In this document: piece by piece, positions 18,603-29,056 of the stretch
Layout of the letters: every line of letters begins with the position of its first letter
Position numbering within the stretch: position 1 is the first letter of the stretch
The notes under the pieces: generated by a model
The model's database searches: none
Seen by the model: the letters and a program-made list of their open reading frames with translations, nothing else
Told to the model about the DNA's origin: nothing
Assembly (NCBI GenBank): GCA_047601445.1
Contig: JASGJH010000001.1
Location: 3,232,001 to 3,296,000, forward strand
DNA length: 64,000 nucleotides
From: Myxococcales bacterium
Lineage (GTDB): Bacteria > Myxococcota_A > Polyangia > Polyangiales > DASUME01
Direction of reading: 5' to 3'
Position numbers and translations under genes: made by a program

Positions 18603-19685
18603 ATGACGTCAATTCGTCGATTTGGTCGTGGATCTAGCTTCGGCTTTTGGTTTTCGAGGGCCGCTTGCCTCGCGTTGCTGATCTTGCCGTGGTTCGGCCC
18701 GATCGCGACCGGCCAGTCTCAAGACGCAGCCGGAGGCTCGGGGTCCAAGGCGCAGGCGCCCGCCGGTTCCCAGGCGGGCAATCCCAGTACCGGTCCTCAA
18801 GCTGGCGATGCCCACGCCCAGGAAGCCCTGGCGGCCATGGCGGTCGAGGGCAAGCCCAAGCGCGAGTTCGCGTTGTTCCGCACCGCGGCGCTCGACCCGA
18901 AACTGCAAGAGCTCGGCGCAGCGCTGGACCCAGTGGTGCTGTCGGAGCTCAACGCCATCGGCGGCATCGAGGTGGCAGCCCGCCCGGCTCTGGACTTGCC
19001 CGCGATGCAGCTGGCCATCGATTGCGTGGGTGAGATCGCCGAGTGCATGGCGGCGGTGGCGCGCGAGGCCGGCGTCGAAGCGCTTGTGGCTCCGGTGTTG
19101 CGCAGCAATGGCGACCTGGTACTCGTCACGTTGCTGTACTTCGATACGCGCGAGAACCAGATCAAGGGAGTGACGCGTCAGCTCGGTGGGCGCAGCGTGG
19201 CGCAGGCGATGTTGGACGCAGCGCCCGAGATGGTGCGGGAAGCCTTTGGTCTGCCGCCCGAGAGCGTCGAGTCCAGGCCCGCCACGGACAAGCCAGCACC
19301 GCTGCCACCTGCCGACGAGCCCTCTCCTGCGCGTCGCATCGTGCCTTGGGTGTTGTTGGGGGTCAGCGTCGCCACGGGCGCCGTAGGTATCGGCATGGGC
19401 GTGGCCTCGAACAAAGCCGAGGACCGCTACGGCAAGGGCTCGGTGAACACCGAACAGCAAATCGACGCCACGGTGAAGCACAAGGACGACGCCGAGGACA
19501 AGGCCCTGATCGCCAACGTGTGCTTCGGTATCGCGGGCGCGGCCGCCGTAGCGAGCTTCGCGACCTGGCTCGTCTTTCGCGAGCCTGCCAAGCAGAGCGA
19601 GCCGAGCGGCGGGAAGGTCGCCCTGGTGCCACAGTTCTCACGCTCGCAAGTGGGCCTGAGCCTGCAAGGAATGTTCGGACGATGA
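18603..19685 (+). CDS. Exported protein with two C-terminal TM helices, typical of myxobacteria
   Basis: Signal peptide; IDCVGEIAECM Cys pair; C-terminal VALVPQFSRSQVGLSLQGMF. Confidence 0.7.
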   Translation: MTSIRRFGRGSSFGFWFSRAACLALLILPWFGPIATGQSQDAAGGSGSKAQAPAGSQAGNPSTGPQAGDAHAQEALAAMAVEGKPKREFALFRTAALDPKLQELGAALDPVVLSELNAIGGIEVAARPALDLPAMQLAIDCVGEIAECMAAVAREAGVEALVAPVLRSNGDLVLVTLLYFDTRENQIKGVTRQLGGRSVAQAMLDAAPEMVREAFGLPPESVESRPATDKPAPLPPADEPSPARRIVPWVLLGVSVATGAVGIGMGVASNKAEDRYGKGSVNTEQQIDATVKHKDDAEDKALIANVCFGIAGAAAVASFATWLVFREPAKQSEPSGGKVALVPQFSRSQVGLSLQGMFGR

Positions 19686-21064
19686 AGAGCCGCCTGTTCG
19701 CGCCCGGACTGGGGTTGACCGCGCTGTGGATCGCACTGAGCGGCTGCACGGTGGACTCCAAGACCAACAAGCTCTACCGCGGTGGCAAGTGCCCTGCCGG
19801 ACAGCACAACTACAAGGGCTTCTGCCTACCGGATGAAACTGGGTCGATGGACGGTGGCATGGGCGACCCGTGCGATCACGAAGGGGATCAGAAGCTCTGC
19901 TACGACGGCGACCTCGCGACCTCCCGGCAGCTGCCCTGCATGTCGGGCATAAGCACGTGCACGCACGGCTTCTGGTCGACTTGTGTGGGCCAGGTGCTGC
20001 CCAAACCCAAGGAAGAGTGCAACGGCGCCGACGACGACTGCGACTCCCAAATCGACGAGGAGGTCGGCGGTTCCGAATGCGACTCGGGCGTGCCCGGCGA
20101 GTGCGCGACGGGCATCCAGTACTGTAGCGGCGGCAAGGCGCACTGCCGTGCGCTCGCGGACAAGCAGCCCGAGATGTGCAACGCCAACCCCGAGCTGGTG
20201 CAAGACCTCGACTGCGATGGGCTGGCGGGAGATCAAGATCCCGACTTGCAGGCGCCCTGCTACGAGAGCAACGACCTGGGCTGCACCAAGCAGGCCGACG
20301 GCTCGTTCTCGTGCCGGGGCATCTGCCAGCCCGGCGTGAAGGGCTGTAGCGGCGTGTGCATGAACGCGGTCTACGCGGGCGAGGAAGAGCGCACGCCCCG
20401 GGTCGACGGCGGCCTGGCCGAGATCAAGAACGAAGACTGTGACGATCAGTTCGACGAAGGCTTTCCTTGCGATGACGGGCAGTACGCCTGCAGCACCATC
20501 CCGGCGGCCAATCAGGGGAAGGGCATCTGCAAGCCGGGTCGCCGCACCTGCAGTGGAGGCGTGCTGAGCGCCTGCGAGGACGAGATCAAGCCCGAGCCCG
20601 AGACCTGCGCCAACCTCGGTTTCGACAACGACTGCAACGGCAAGCTCGATGACATCCCGCTGCGCGGCCAGCTCTGCGGCTCTTCCGGAGCGCTCGGCGA
20701 GTGTGGTGAGGAGGCGGTCTGGGATTGCGAGGGCACAGAGCTGAAATGCAAGGCCGCCGCGGAGATGGCCGAGATCTGCGGCGATGAGAAGGACAACGAC
20801 TGCGACGGCGAGACCGACACCAGGTGCGGGAGCGCGAGCAACAAATGTTGTGGCCCGGCCTGTGTCAACACCAAGCAAAGCAACCTTCACTGCGGTGATT
20901 GCAACCACAAGTGCGAAGGGGCCACCTCGTGCTGCGATAGCAACTGCGTCGACATGACCACCGACCCCTTGAACTGCGGCGTGTGCGGCAAGAGGTGCAC
21001 GGTGCTCAACCTCGGGATCCTGATCATGACCACCTGCATGAACAGCGTCTGCCAGGGACTTTGA
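19682..21064 (+). CDS. Cys-rich lipoprotein with ECNGxDDDCD metal-binding repeats and Stigma1-like repeats
   Basis: LSGC lipobox; EECNGADDDCD, DNDCNG, DNDCDG; CVDMTTDPLNCGVCGKRC. Confidence 0.85.
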   Translation: MKSRLFAPGLGLTALWIALSGCTVDSKTNKLYRGGKCPAGQHNYKGFCLPDETGSMDGGMGDPCDHEGDQKLCYDGDLATSRQLPCMSGISTCTHGFWSTCVGQVLPKPKEECNGADDDCDSQIDEEVGGSECDSGVPGECATGIQYCSGGKAHCRALADKQPEMCNANPELVQDLDCDGLAGDQDPDLQAPCYESNDLGCTKQADGSFSCRGICQPGVKGCSGVCMNAVYAGEEERTPRVDGGLAEIKNEDCDDQFDEGFPCDDGQYACSTIPAANQGKGICKPGRRTCSGGVLSACEDEIKPEPETCANLGFDNDCNGKLDDIPLRGQLCGSSGALGECGEEAVWDCEGTELKCKAAAEMAEICGDEKDNDCDGETDTRCGSASNKCCGPACVNTKQSNLHCGDCNHKCEGATSCCDSNCVDMTTDPLNCGVCGKRCTVLNLGILIMTTCMNSVCQGL

Positions 21065-21206
21065 GAGGCGCGAGCCGCGACGCCGTGGGCCACGCTGCGC
21101 GCCGAGCCGGTTGGCTTCGCTCACATGGCCGAAAGCCAGGCCTTGCCGACACTTCCCACATTGCCCCACCGTATTTTCTAATGATAGGGTGATCGCAGAC
21201 TGTTCG

Positions 21207-22865
21207 ATGACTGCGACTGCCCAGATACGCGATCCCCTCGTCGGCAGCCGGATCGATGGTCGCTACCTGATCCGCGGCGTGTTGGGACGCGGGGGCATGG
21301 GTGTGGTCTACGACGGGCTGCATGAGCAGCTCGGCCGCCCGGTGGCGATCAAGGTGCTCGGCGCGGGCCTGGTGACCGAGCCCTCCTCCATCGAGCGCTT
21401 CCTGCGTGAAGCGCGCACGGCCAGCAGCCTCACCCACGGCAACATCGTCGACGTCACCGACCTGGGCGAGCTCCCCGACGGGCGGCCCTATCTCGTGATG
21501 CCCAAGATGAACGGGCAGGACCTGCTCTCGATGCTGCGCGAGAAGGGACCGCAGAGCCCCACGCGTGTGGTGGAGCTCCTGCGCGGCGCCGCATCTGCGC
21601 TCGACGTGATCCACGCCAAGGGGCTGGTGCACCGCGACGTGAAGCCCGAGAACCTGATGCACGTGGTGCACGATGATGGCTCCGAGTCCGTGCGCTTGCT
21701 GGACTTCGGCATCGTGGCGTTGACCAAGCAGGATCAGCGGCTGACGGCGGAAGGTGTGGTGTTCGGCACGCCGGTCTATCTGGCGCCGGAGATCATGGAC
21801 TGTGACGAGCCCGACGCGCGCGCCGACGTGTACTCGCTGGCGGTGGTTGCCTTCGAGCTGCTGACGGGCCGCGCGCCCTTCGAGGCCAATACCTCCATCC
21901 GCATCATGCAGATGAAGACCAGCCTCGACGCGCCCACGATGGAAGCCATCTGCGGCCTGCAGTTCGGCAAGCAGATCGAAGAGGTCGTGGGGCGCGGACT
22001 GCAGCGAGATCCCAAGAAGCGCTTCGCGAGCGCCGGCGAATTCGTGCGCGCGCTCGACGGAGCTACCCGCGGGGCCAGTGATCCCGCGCTGGGGATCGAC
22101 CTCGACCAGCGCGGCAAGGCCCTCTCCTCACGCATCGGCGCGTTGCCCACGCTGGATGGGCCCGCTGTCTTCAGACCCGACGCGAAGACCTATCGCGCGA
22201 CCCTCGCGGAGCGCTTGGCACGACGCCGCGGGCTCCTGATCGCGGCCTGCGTGGGGCCCCTGGTGGGAGCCGCTTTGGCCTGGGGTTTCCCGGACAGCGA
22301 CGGCGAGGTGCCACACGGCCGCGCCAGCGCGGCGCATCAGGTACCTCAGCTGCCGGAGCCCGTTCTACCCGCACCGAGCCATGCGCCCGAGCCTGCCCAG
22401 CCTGCCGATCCCGTACCCATCGTGCGCGTGATGGACATTGCCGAGCTCGAGCGCGAACAGGGCCTCACGAAAGTACCGACTCGCGCGCCGCGCAAAGCAG
22501 CTCCGCGCAGCGACAAGCCTGCCAACACCAACGCAAGCCCAGGCGCCAGTGTGCCTGCCGTGAGCGCGCCCAGCGCTCCGCCGGTAGCCAACCCTTCGAA
22601 CGGAGCCGCAGGTGCCGACCTCGTGAAGGCCGCCGCGCAGGCGCTGGTGATGGGACAGCTCGACCTCGCCGACAAGCTCTACACCGACGCCACCCGCAAG
22701 GAGCCCAACAACGCCGCCGCCTGGCGCGGACTCGGACTCACGAGCGAGCGCCTGGGACGGCGCGAAGTGGCCATCAGTGCGTTCCAGCGATCCCTGCAGA
22801 TCGCGCCCACGGGCGCTCAGGCGGACTCGATCCGGGCGCGCTTGAGCAAGCTCACCGGGAGCTAG
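21207..22865 (+). CDS. Membrane Ser/Thr protein kinase with C-terminal TPR
   Basis: GRGGMG, AIK, HRDVKPEN, DFG, APE; TM segment; NAAAWRGLG TPR. Confidence 0.95.
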   Translation: MTATAQIRDPLVGSRIDGRYLIRGVLGRGGMGVVYDGLHEQLGRPVAIKVLGAGLVTEPSSIERFLREARTASSLTHGNIVDVTDLGELPDGRPYLVMPKMNGQDLLSMLREKGPQSPTRVVELLRGAASALDVIHAKGLVHRDVKPENLMHVVHDDGSESVRLLDFGIVALTKQDQRLTAEGVVFGTPVYLAPEIMDCDEPDARADVYSLAVVAFELLTGRAPFEANTSIRIMQMKTSLDAPTMEAICGLQFGKQIEEVVGRGLQRDPKKRFASAGEFVRALDGATRGASDPALGIDLDQRGKALSSRIGALPTLDGPAVFRPDAKTYRATLAERLARRRGLLIAACVGPLVGAALAWGFPDSDGEVPHGRASAAHQVPQLPEPVLPAPSHAPEPAQPADPVPIVRVMDIAELEREQGLTKVPTRAPRKAAPRSDKPANTNASPGASVPAVSAPSAPPVANPSNGAAGADLVKAAAQALVMGQLDLADKLYTDATRKEPNNAAAWRGLGLTSERLGRREVAISAFQRSLQIAPTGAQADSIRARLSKLTGS

Positions 22866-22889
22866 TGCTGCCGCAGTAACGTGAAGTGA

Positions 22890-23744
22890 CTACGTAGTAC
22901 GAGTCCGGGCGAACACGCTGAGAGCGACGCCGCCCAGGATCACGAGACCGCTCACCACCAGGCGCGCGGATACCGACTCTCCCAAGAGCAGCACGCCGAA
23001 CCAGGCAGCGATCAAGGGGACCATGAGCTGCAGCAGCGCCGCCCCACTCGCGCTCAGGCTGCGTAGCGCGGCGTACCACAAGCTGTAACCGAGACCCGAG
23101 GCGAGAGCCCCGGATGCGAGCGCGCATAGGAGTCCCATAGGCTGCGCCCGCGGTTGGGAGACGCTCGAGGCGATGCCCCATAACAGGGCCGAGGGCAGCA
23201 CGGACACCGCAAAGGTGGTGGCCGTGGAACGCAACGGATCGCGCGCCAACCTGCGCCCCCGCAGCGAGTACAGGCCCCACGCCAGCCCGGCCAAGACCAT
23301 CCACATGGCACCCGCGGGATCGGGCGCGGATACGCCGGGCCAGCTGAGTCCGAGGAGCCCCGCGACCGACAGCCCCCAACCGAGCCAGCCCAGCGGCGAC
23401 AGACGTTCCCCGGCCAGGAGGCTCCCCATGAGCATGGTGACCTGGACGGCGCCGAACAACAGCAGCGCCCCCGAGCCTGTGTTCAGCCGCAGATAGGCAT
23501 AGGAAAACGGGGCCGCATAGGCGAACAGCGCGGCCACCGAGCGCAGATCCACGGGCAACCACGGCGCGCCGTCACGGAGCTGGGCCAGGAAGGCCAACAC
23601 TACAGCGCCACTCAGCATGCGAACCAGCGTGAAGCTGGCCGGATCGATCAGGTCACCACGCAGGGCCACGCGACAGAGCACGGAGTTGGCAGCGAACGCG
23701 ACCAATGCGAGTGCCGTGTAGAGCCGATGCGAAGAAGCGGGCAT
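22890..23744 (-). CDS. DMT/EamA family transporter
   Basis: AFAANSVLCR, GALLLFGAVQ, SGLGYSLWY; about 10 TMs. Confidence 0.9.
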   Translation of the reverse strand: MPASSHRLYTALALVAFAANSVLCRVALRGDLIDPASFTLVRMLSGAVVLAFLAQLRDGAPWLPVDLRSVAALFAYAAPFSYAYLRLNTGSGALLLFGAVQVTMLMGSLLAGERLSPLGWLGWGLSVAGLLGLSWPGVSAPDPAGAMWMVLAGLAWGLYSLRGRRLARDPLRSTATTFAVSVLPSALLWGIASSVSQPRAQPMGLLCALASGALASGLGYSLWYAALRSLSASGAALLQLMVPLIAAWFGVLLLGESVSARLVVSGLVILGGVALSVFARTRTT

Positions 23745-23773
23745 GCCAGGGTGGCCCTGAGTATGCTGCATCG

Positions 23774-26047
23774 ATGGCGGATCTTCCCCAACGGGACTTC
23801 GAACCTTACATCGCCGAAACGGCCCAGCTGAGGGAGCTCAGCGTCCGCGGCATCTTGGCCGGCACCGTGCTCGGCATGATCTTCGGAGCGTCCTCGCTGT
23901 ACCTGGTGCTCAAGGTCGGGCTCACGGTGAGCGCCTCGATTCCAGTGGCCGTCATCTCCATCACGCTGTTTCGCCTGGCTCACAAGCTCGGCATCCAGGA
24001 CGCCACTATCCTCGAGAACAACATCGTGCAGACCGCGGGCAGCGCGGGCGAGTCCATCGCGTTCGGCGTCGGCGTGACCATGCCGGCGATCATGATCCTG
24101 GGCTTCGACCTGGCCGTGACGCGGGTGATGTTGGTGAGCGTGCTCGGAGGCTTGCTGGGCATCTTGATGATGATCCCGTTGCGGCGCGCGTTGATCGTGG
24201 CGCAGCACGACGTGCTCAAGTACCCCGAGGGCACGGCTTGCGCCGAGGTGCTCAAGGCGAGCGCGTCCGACGAATCCAAGGCAGCGGCATCTCCGTCGGC
24301 CAAGGCCGAAATCGAGGCGGCGCGGGCCAAGGGCCTGAGCGCGGGCGCCAACGCCACCACCATCTTCACCGGCTTCGGCATCGGGCTCGTCTACAAGACT
24401 GCGATGAACGCCTTCAAGCTGTGGAAGGACACGCCCGAGAAGGTGTTCGGCCCGCCGCTCAAGGCGGGTTCGGTGGCGGCCGACATCTCGCCGGAGCTGC
24501 TCGGCGTGGGCTACATCATCGGACCCCGCATCGCTTCGGTGATGTGCGCGGGCGGTGTGCTCGCCTATCTCGTGCTGATTCCGTTGATCAAGTTCTTCGG
24601 GGACGCCATTCCCGAGGCGCTGGCACCAGGCACGTTGCCGATTCGCGAGATGGGTCCCGGGCAGATCCGCCAGGCCTACGTGCTCTACATCGGCGCGGGG
24701 GCGGTCACCGCGGGCGGGCTCGTCAGCCTGATCCGCTCGCTACCCACCATCTGGCAAGGCCTGAAAGAGGGCCTCAAGGACGTGCGCTCCCAGGGCCCCA
24801 GCCAGAACGGCCAGCTGCGCACGGAGCACGACTTGCCCGCCAAGTTCCTGGCCGCAGGCGGCGTGCTGTTGCTGCTCGCCATCACGCTCGCGCCACAGCT
24901 CCATATGAACCTGCTAGGCGCCGTGTTGATCGCGCTGTTCGGCTTCTTGTTCGTGACTGTCTCCTCGCGCCTCACCGGTGAAATCGGCTCCTCGTCGAAC
25001 CCCATCTCGGGCATGACGGTGGCCACGCTGCTGCTCACCTGCCTGGTGTTCGTGGTGCTCGGCTGGACCGGCCCGAGCTACTACGTGACCGCGCTGTCGG
25101 TGGGAGCCATCGTGTGCATCGCCGCATCCAACGGCGGCACCACATCGCAGGATTTGAAGACGGGCTATCTCATCGGAGCGACCCCGCGTTCCCAGCAGAT
25201 CGCCATCTTGATCGGCGCCCTGGCATCGGCCCTGCTCTTGGGTCCCATCTTGCTCAAGCTCAATGAGGTGGGCACCGTCTACGTGCCCGTCTCCCAGCTC
25301 GCCCCCAAGGGCCTCAGCGCGCCCATGGAGGCCGTGAGCGACGACACCGAATCACTGCAAGGTCCCCAGGCCGCCCAGGACAGCATGAGCTACCGCGTGT
25401 GGCACAAGACCGACGCGCACGAGGCTCCGGCCGGCAAGTACCTCGTGGACGCGAGCGGGCGCGCCGTATGGTTGGTCGACCCGGGCATCAACGGCGCCTT
25501 CGACACGCGCCCCGACGGCAGCAAGGTGAAGAAGTTCGACGCGCCCAAGGCCACCCTGATGAGTTACATCATCAAGGGCATCCTGGACCGCCAGCTGCCC
25601 TGGGGACTCGTGCTGTTCGGCGTGATGATCGCGCTGGTGCTCGAGATGAGCGGCATCGGTTCACTGGCCTTCGCGGTGGGCGTATACCTGCCGATCTCCG
25701 CCACCACGCCCATCCTGGTGGGCGGCGCGGTGCGCTGGCTGGTGGATCGGCAGCGGCGTCAGGAGCTGCACGGCAAGAACCTGTCGGAGGAAGAGCTGGT
25801 GGCCGAGGGCGACAAGAGCGCGGGCGTATTGATGGCCTCGGGCTACATCGCAGGTGGCGCCATCGCGGGCATCGTGATCGCGTTCGTGGCGGGCGTGCTC
25901 GACCGCGTCGACCATGCGCTCACCAGCTGGGCCACGGAGCACAACCCCTTCTTCGCGGGCCCTCACGCGGACGTGCTCGCGTTGTTGCCCTTCGTGGCGG
26001 TGACCCTGCTCCTGTACCTCACCGCGCGCGAACGTATCCTGCGGTGA
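23774..26047 (+). CDS. OPT family oligopeptide transporter
   Basis: YLVLKVGLTVSASIP, ENNIVQT, YPEGTACAEVL, SNPISGM, QDLKTG. Confidence 0.95.
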   Translation: MADLPQRDFEPYIAETAQLRELSVRGILAGTVLGMIFGASSLYLVLKVGLTVSASIPVAVISITLFRLAHKLGIQDATILENNIVQTAGSAGESIAFGVGVTMPAIMILGFDLAVTRVMLVSVLGGLLGILMMIPLRRALIVAQHDVLKYPEGTACAEVLKASASDESKAAASPSAKAEIEAARAKGLSAGANATTIFTGFGIGLVYKTAMNAFKLWKDTPEKVFGPPLKAGSVAADISPELLGVGYIIGPRIASVMCAGGVLAYLVLIPLIKFFGDAIPEALAPGTLPIREMGPGQIRQAYVLYIGAGAVTAGGLVSLIRSLPTIWQGLKEGLKDVRSQGPSQNGQLRTEHDLPAKFLAAGGVLLLLAITLAPQLHMNLLGAVLIALFGFLFVTVSSRLTGEIGSSSNPISGMTVATLLLTCLVFVVLGWTGPSYYVTALSVGAIVCIAASNGGTTSQDLKTGYLIGATPRSQQIAILIGALASALLLGPILLKLNEVGTVYVPVSQLAPKGLSAPMEAVSDDTESLQGPQAAQDSMSYRVWHKTDAHEAPAGKYLVDASGRAVWLVDPGINGAFDTRPDGSKVKKFDAPKATLMSYIIKGILDRQLPWGLVLFGVMIALVLEMSGIGSLAFAVGVYLPISATTPILVGGAVRWLVDRQRRQELHGKNLSEEELVAEGDKSAGVLMASGYIAGGAIAGIVIAFVAGVLDRVDHALTSWATEHNPFFAGPHADVLALLPFVAVTLLLYLTARERILR

Positions 26048-26092
26048 TCCCAGCCGGAGCGAACTTGCCGCGCACTTTGGGCACGCTGGAAC

Positions 26093-27053
26093 TCACGCGA
26101 AGGTGAACAGCGCGGCCAACGTCGAGCCCCGCAGGCGTTCCTTGATGTTCACGAGTTCGGTGTCGGCGTAGGGCTCGCGCGGCGAATGGCCCCACACCGG
26201 TCCGGGCCAGGCCGGATCCCCGAGTCGGCGCGCCACGTGATGGAGATGGTACTGCCGGACCACGTTGCCGAGCGCCGCCACGTTGATCTTGTCGGCGCCG
26301 AACTCGCTCCTCAGGGCGCGTGAGAATCGCGCTGCTCTCGTCGGAGAGCTGGCGGCGATCCGCGTTGGACAGCTCGTCGAGCTCGGTGATACCTGCTCGC
26401 TTGGGCACCAGGATCAGCCACGGGTAGCGGCGCTCGTTCATCAGCAGCAAGAGTCCGAGCTCCGACTCGGCCAAGAGAACCGTGTCCCCGGCCAGCCTGG
26501 GATCGAGATCGAAGGTCGCCCCGTTCAAGAGCTCCGCCAGCAGCTCGCGCCCGGCCGGCCAGGTGCCGAGGCACGAGTCGGCGTTGATGTGGCCGAGCAG
26601 TCCCAGGTCCACGAAGCGGCTGCCCCAGGCACGGGCCAGAGCCTCGGCTCGGTCGATAGAAACGTAAGGGTCATTGCGACTGGCCACCACGAGCGACGGA
26701 AACCCCAGGCTCCCGCGGGGCAGGGGAGCAAAGCTCGCGAGGTCGGGAAACCCCGGTACCAGCGAGTCGACGTCGGCGGGGGCCACCAGCAGGGCGCCGA
26801 GCACGGAAGCGCGCGGCGCAGACTGTCCCCAATGCGCGACCAGTGCCGCACCGAGGCTATGGGCGACCAGCACGGCCGGCTCGGACGAGGCTGAAACGGC
26901 CTGTTCCAGGCTCGCCATCCAGGCCGAAAGGTCCGGTTTTTCCCAGTCAGATTGCTGCACTCGCCGGCAGCGTGCGTCGAGGCGCTCCCAGGCGCTCTGC
27001 CAGTGCTCGGGCCCGGAGCCCGACAAGCCGGGGACGATCAAGAGGCGCGTCAT
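26093..27053 (-). pseudogene. RBBP9/YdeN alpha/beta hydrolase fused to a HIT domain, with a +1 frameshift near 26326 (possibly a sequencing error)
   Basis: AHSLG, NDPY, GHIN triad; HIT N-half YPWLILVP continues in a shifted frame as ADKINVAALGNVVRQYHLHHV...AWPGPVWG. Confidence 0.8.
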
Positions 27054-27254
27054 GGAGCCAGTCTTGGCACGGTCTGGAGAGCGGGACGAGCACGGCGGCA
27101 GTCCGAAACCCCGGGTCGCCAGGCTCGAACACGGTAGGAAACGCCCGGAACCCGCGCGCCCCGGCAGCGCGCGAAAAAGAGCTCGGGGGTGCGCCGGCAG
27201 CGCTACCCGTATTTGAGGGTGTTAGGATACGTTGCCGAAGGGGGCGCTGAGCGC

Positions 27255-28940
27255 ATGGCGGAGGTCTCGCTCGAGGAGAAAGTACAGCGGCTGGAGCTCG
27301 TGCAGCGAGTGGGGGTCGCACTCTCCGCCGAACGCAACCGAGACCGCCTGCTCGAGACCATCCTCGGCGAGGCCCAGAAGCTCTGCAACGCGGACGGCGG
27401 CACGCTCTACCTGAGGACCGAGGACGATCACCTGCGCTTCACCATCCTGCGCAGCGAATCACTCGGCACGAACTTGGGCGGCACCACGGGCAAGCCCATC
27501 AACTTTCCCACCATCCCCATGTTCGACGCCGACACCAAGCGGCCGAACATGCGCAACGTGGCGACCTATTGTGCGGTCACTAAACGCACCATCAACATCC
27601 CCGACGCCTATCACGCGAGCGGCTTCGACTTCTCCGGCACGCAAGCCTTCGACAAGCGGAACAACTATCGCAGCAAGTCCTTCCTGACGATTCCGATGGT
27701 GAACCAGGAAGACAACGTGATCGGGGTGCTCCAGCTGATCAACGCGCGCGACCGCGAGAGCTCCGAGATCATGGCCTTCCGTGAGGAAGACGTGGCGGTG
27801 GTGAACGCGCTCGCCTCCCAGGCGGCCGTGGCGCTCGACAACCAGCAGTTGCTCGAGCAACAGCGCGAACTCCTCGAGAGCTTCATCCAGGCCATCGCGT
27901 CGGCCATCGACGCCAAGAGTCATCACACGGGCGCGCACTGCGAGCGCGTACCGGTGCTGACACTGATGATCGCCCAAGCCGTGGTGGAGACTGGCGAGGG
28001 ACCGCTGGCCGACTTCTCGCTGAGCGAGGACGAGCTCTACGAGCTGAAGATCGCGGCCTGGATGCACGACTGCGGCAAGGTCACCACGCCGGTGCACGTG
28101 ATCGACAAGGCCCGCAAGCTCGAGACCATCGTCGACCGCATGCAGATGGTGCGTACGCGCTTCGAGGTGCTCAAGCGCGACGCCGAGATTGCACACCTCA
28201 AGCGACTCGCCAACGGGGCTGACCGGTCGGAGTCCACGGCAGAGTTCGAGGGGCTCCACGCGCAACTGGAGGCCGAGCTTCAGTTCCTGGAGAAGGCCAA
28301 CGTGGGCAGCGAGTTCTTGCCCCCCGAGGCCCAGGCCCGCATCGCGGAGCTCGCCCAGCGCAGCTACGACGAAGGCGGCAAACCGCGCTCCCTGCTGAGC
28401 GAGAACGAGGTCGAAAACCTGAGCATCTCGCGCGGCACGCTCACTCAAGCGGAGCGCGTGATCATCAACCGCCACATGGTGGAGACCATCAAGATGCTCG
28501 AGGCCCTGCCCTTCCCGCGCAACCTGCGGCGGGTGCCGGAGTACGCCGGCGGCCACCACGAGAAGATGGACGGCCAGGGCTATCCCAAGGGCATCTACGC
28601 GGGTGACATGAGTGTGCCTGCGCGCATCATGGCCATCGCGGACGTGTTCGAGGCACTCACGGCCCAGGATCGCCCGTACAAGCAACCCATGAAGCTGAGT
28701 GAGGCCATGCGCATCATGAGCTTCATGAAGCGCGACAACCACCTGGACCCGGACTTGTTCGACGTGTTCGTGCGGTCCGGAGTGTATCGGCGCTACGGTG
28801 AGCGTTACCTTCCCCCGGAGCTGCTGGATGCGGTGGACGAGGCGAGTTTGCTCGCGCTCAAGCCCAAACCCTTCGAGCTGCCCCCGGCCGAAGAACGCCA
28901 ACAGCGCTGGCAAGGTTTCATCGCGCCCTACAACGACTGA
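27255..28940 (+). CDS. GAF + HD-GYP c-di-GMP phosphodiesterase
   Basis: GAF IGVLQLIN; HDCGK; HHEKMDGQGYP; IADVFEALT. Confidence 0.93.
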   Translation: MAEVSLEEKVQRLELVQRVGVALSAERNRDRLLETILGEAQKLCNADGGTLYLRTEDDHLRFTILRSESLGTNLGGTTGKPINFPTIPMFDADTKRPNMRNVATYCAVTKRTINIPDAYHASGFDFSGTQAFDKRNNYRSKSFLTIPMVNQEDNVIGVLQLINARDRESSEIMAFREEDVAVVNALASQAAVALDNQQLLEQQRELLESFIQAIASAIDAKSHHTGAHCERVPVLTLMIAQAVVETGEGPLADFSLSEDELYELKIAAWMHDCGKVTTPVHVIDKARKLETIVDRMQMVRTRFEVLKRDAEIAHLKRLANGADRSESTAEFEGLHAQLEAELQFLEKANVGSEFLPPEAQARIAELAQRSYDEGGKPRSLLSENEVENLSISRGTLTQAERVIINRHMVETIKMLEALPFPRNLRRVPEYAGGHHEKMDGQGYPKGIYAGDMSVPARIMAIADVFEALTAQDRPYKQPMKLSEAMRIMSFMKRDNHLDPDLFDVFVRSGVYRRYGERYLPPELLDAVDEASLLALKPKPFELPPAEERQQRWQGFIAPYND

Positions 28941-28958
28941 AACGACACGCTGAGCTGC

Positions 28959-29040
28959 GTGAGCGCAGCGAACCTCGCGGTGGGGTGGGACCCGGCGCAG
29001 CTTTGCTGCGACGGGCGGGGAGGTCGCGTGACCTCCCCGT
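28959..29040 (+). repeat. Full-length ~82-bp modular palindromic element
   Basis: Head unit + CGCAGC-TTT-GCTGCG + GGGGAGGTC-GCGT-GACCTCCCC. Confidence 0.9.
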
Positions 29041-29056
29041 CTGCTACCGTTGGCGG

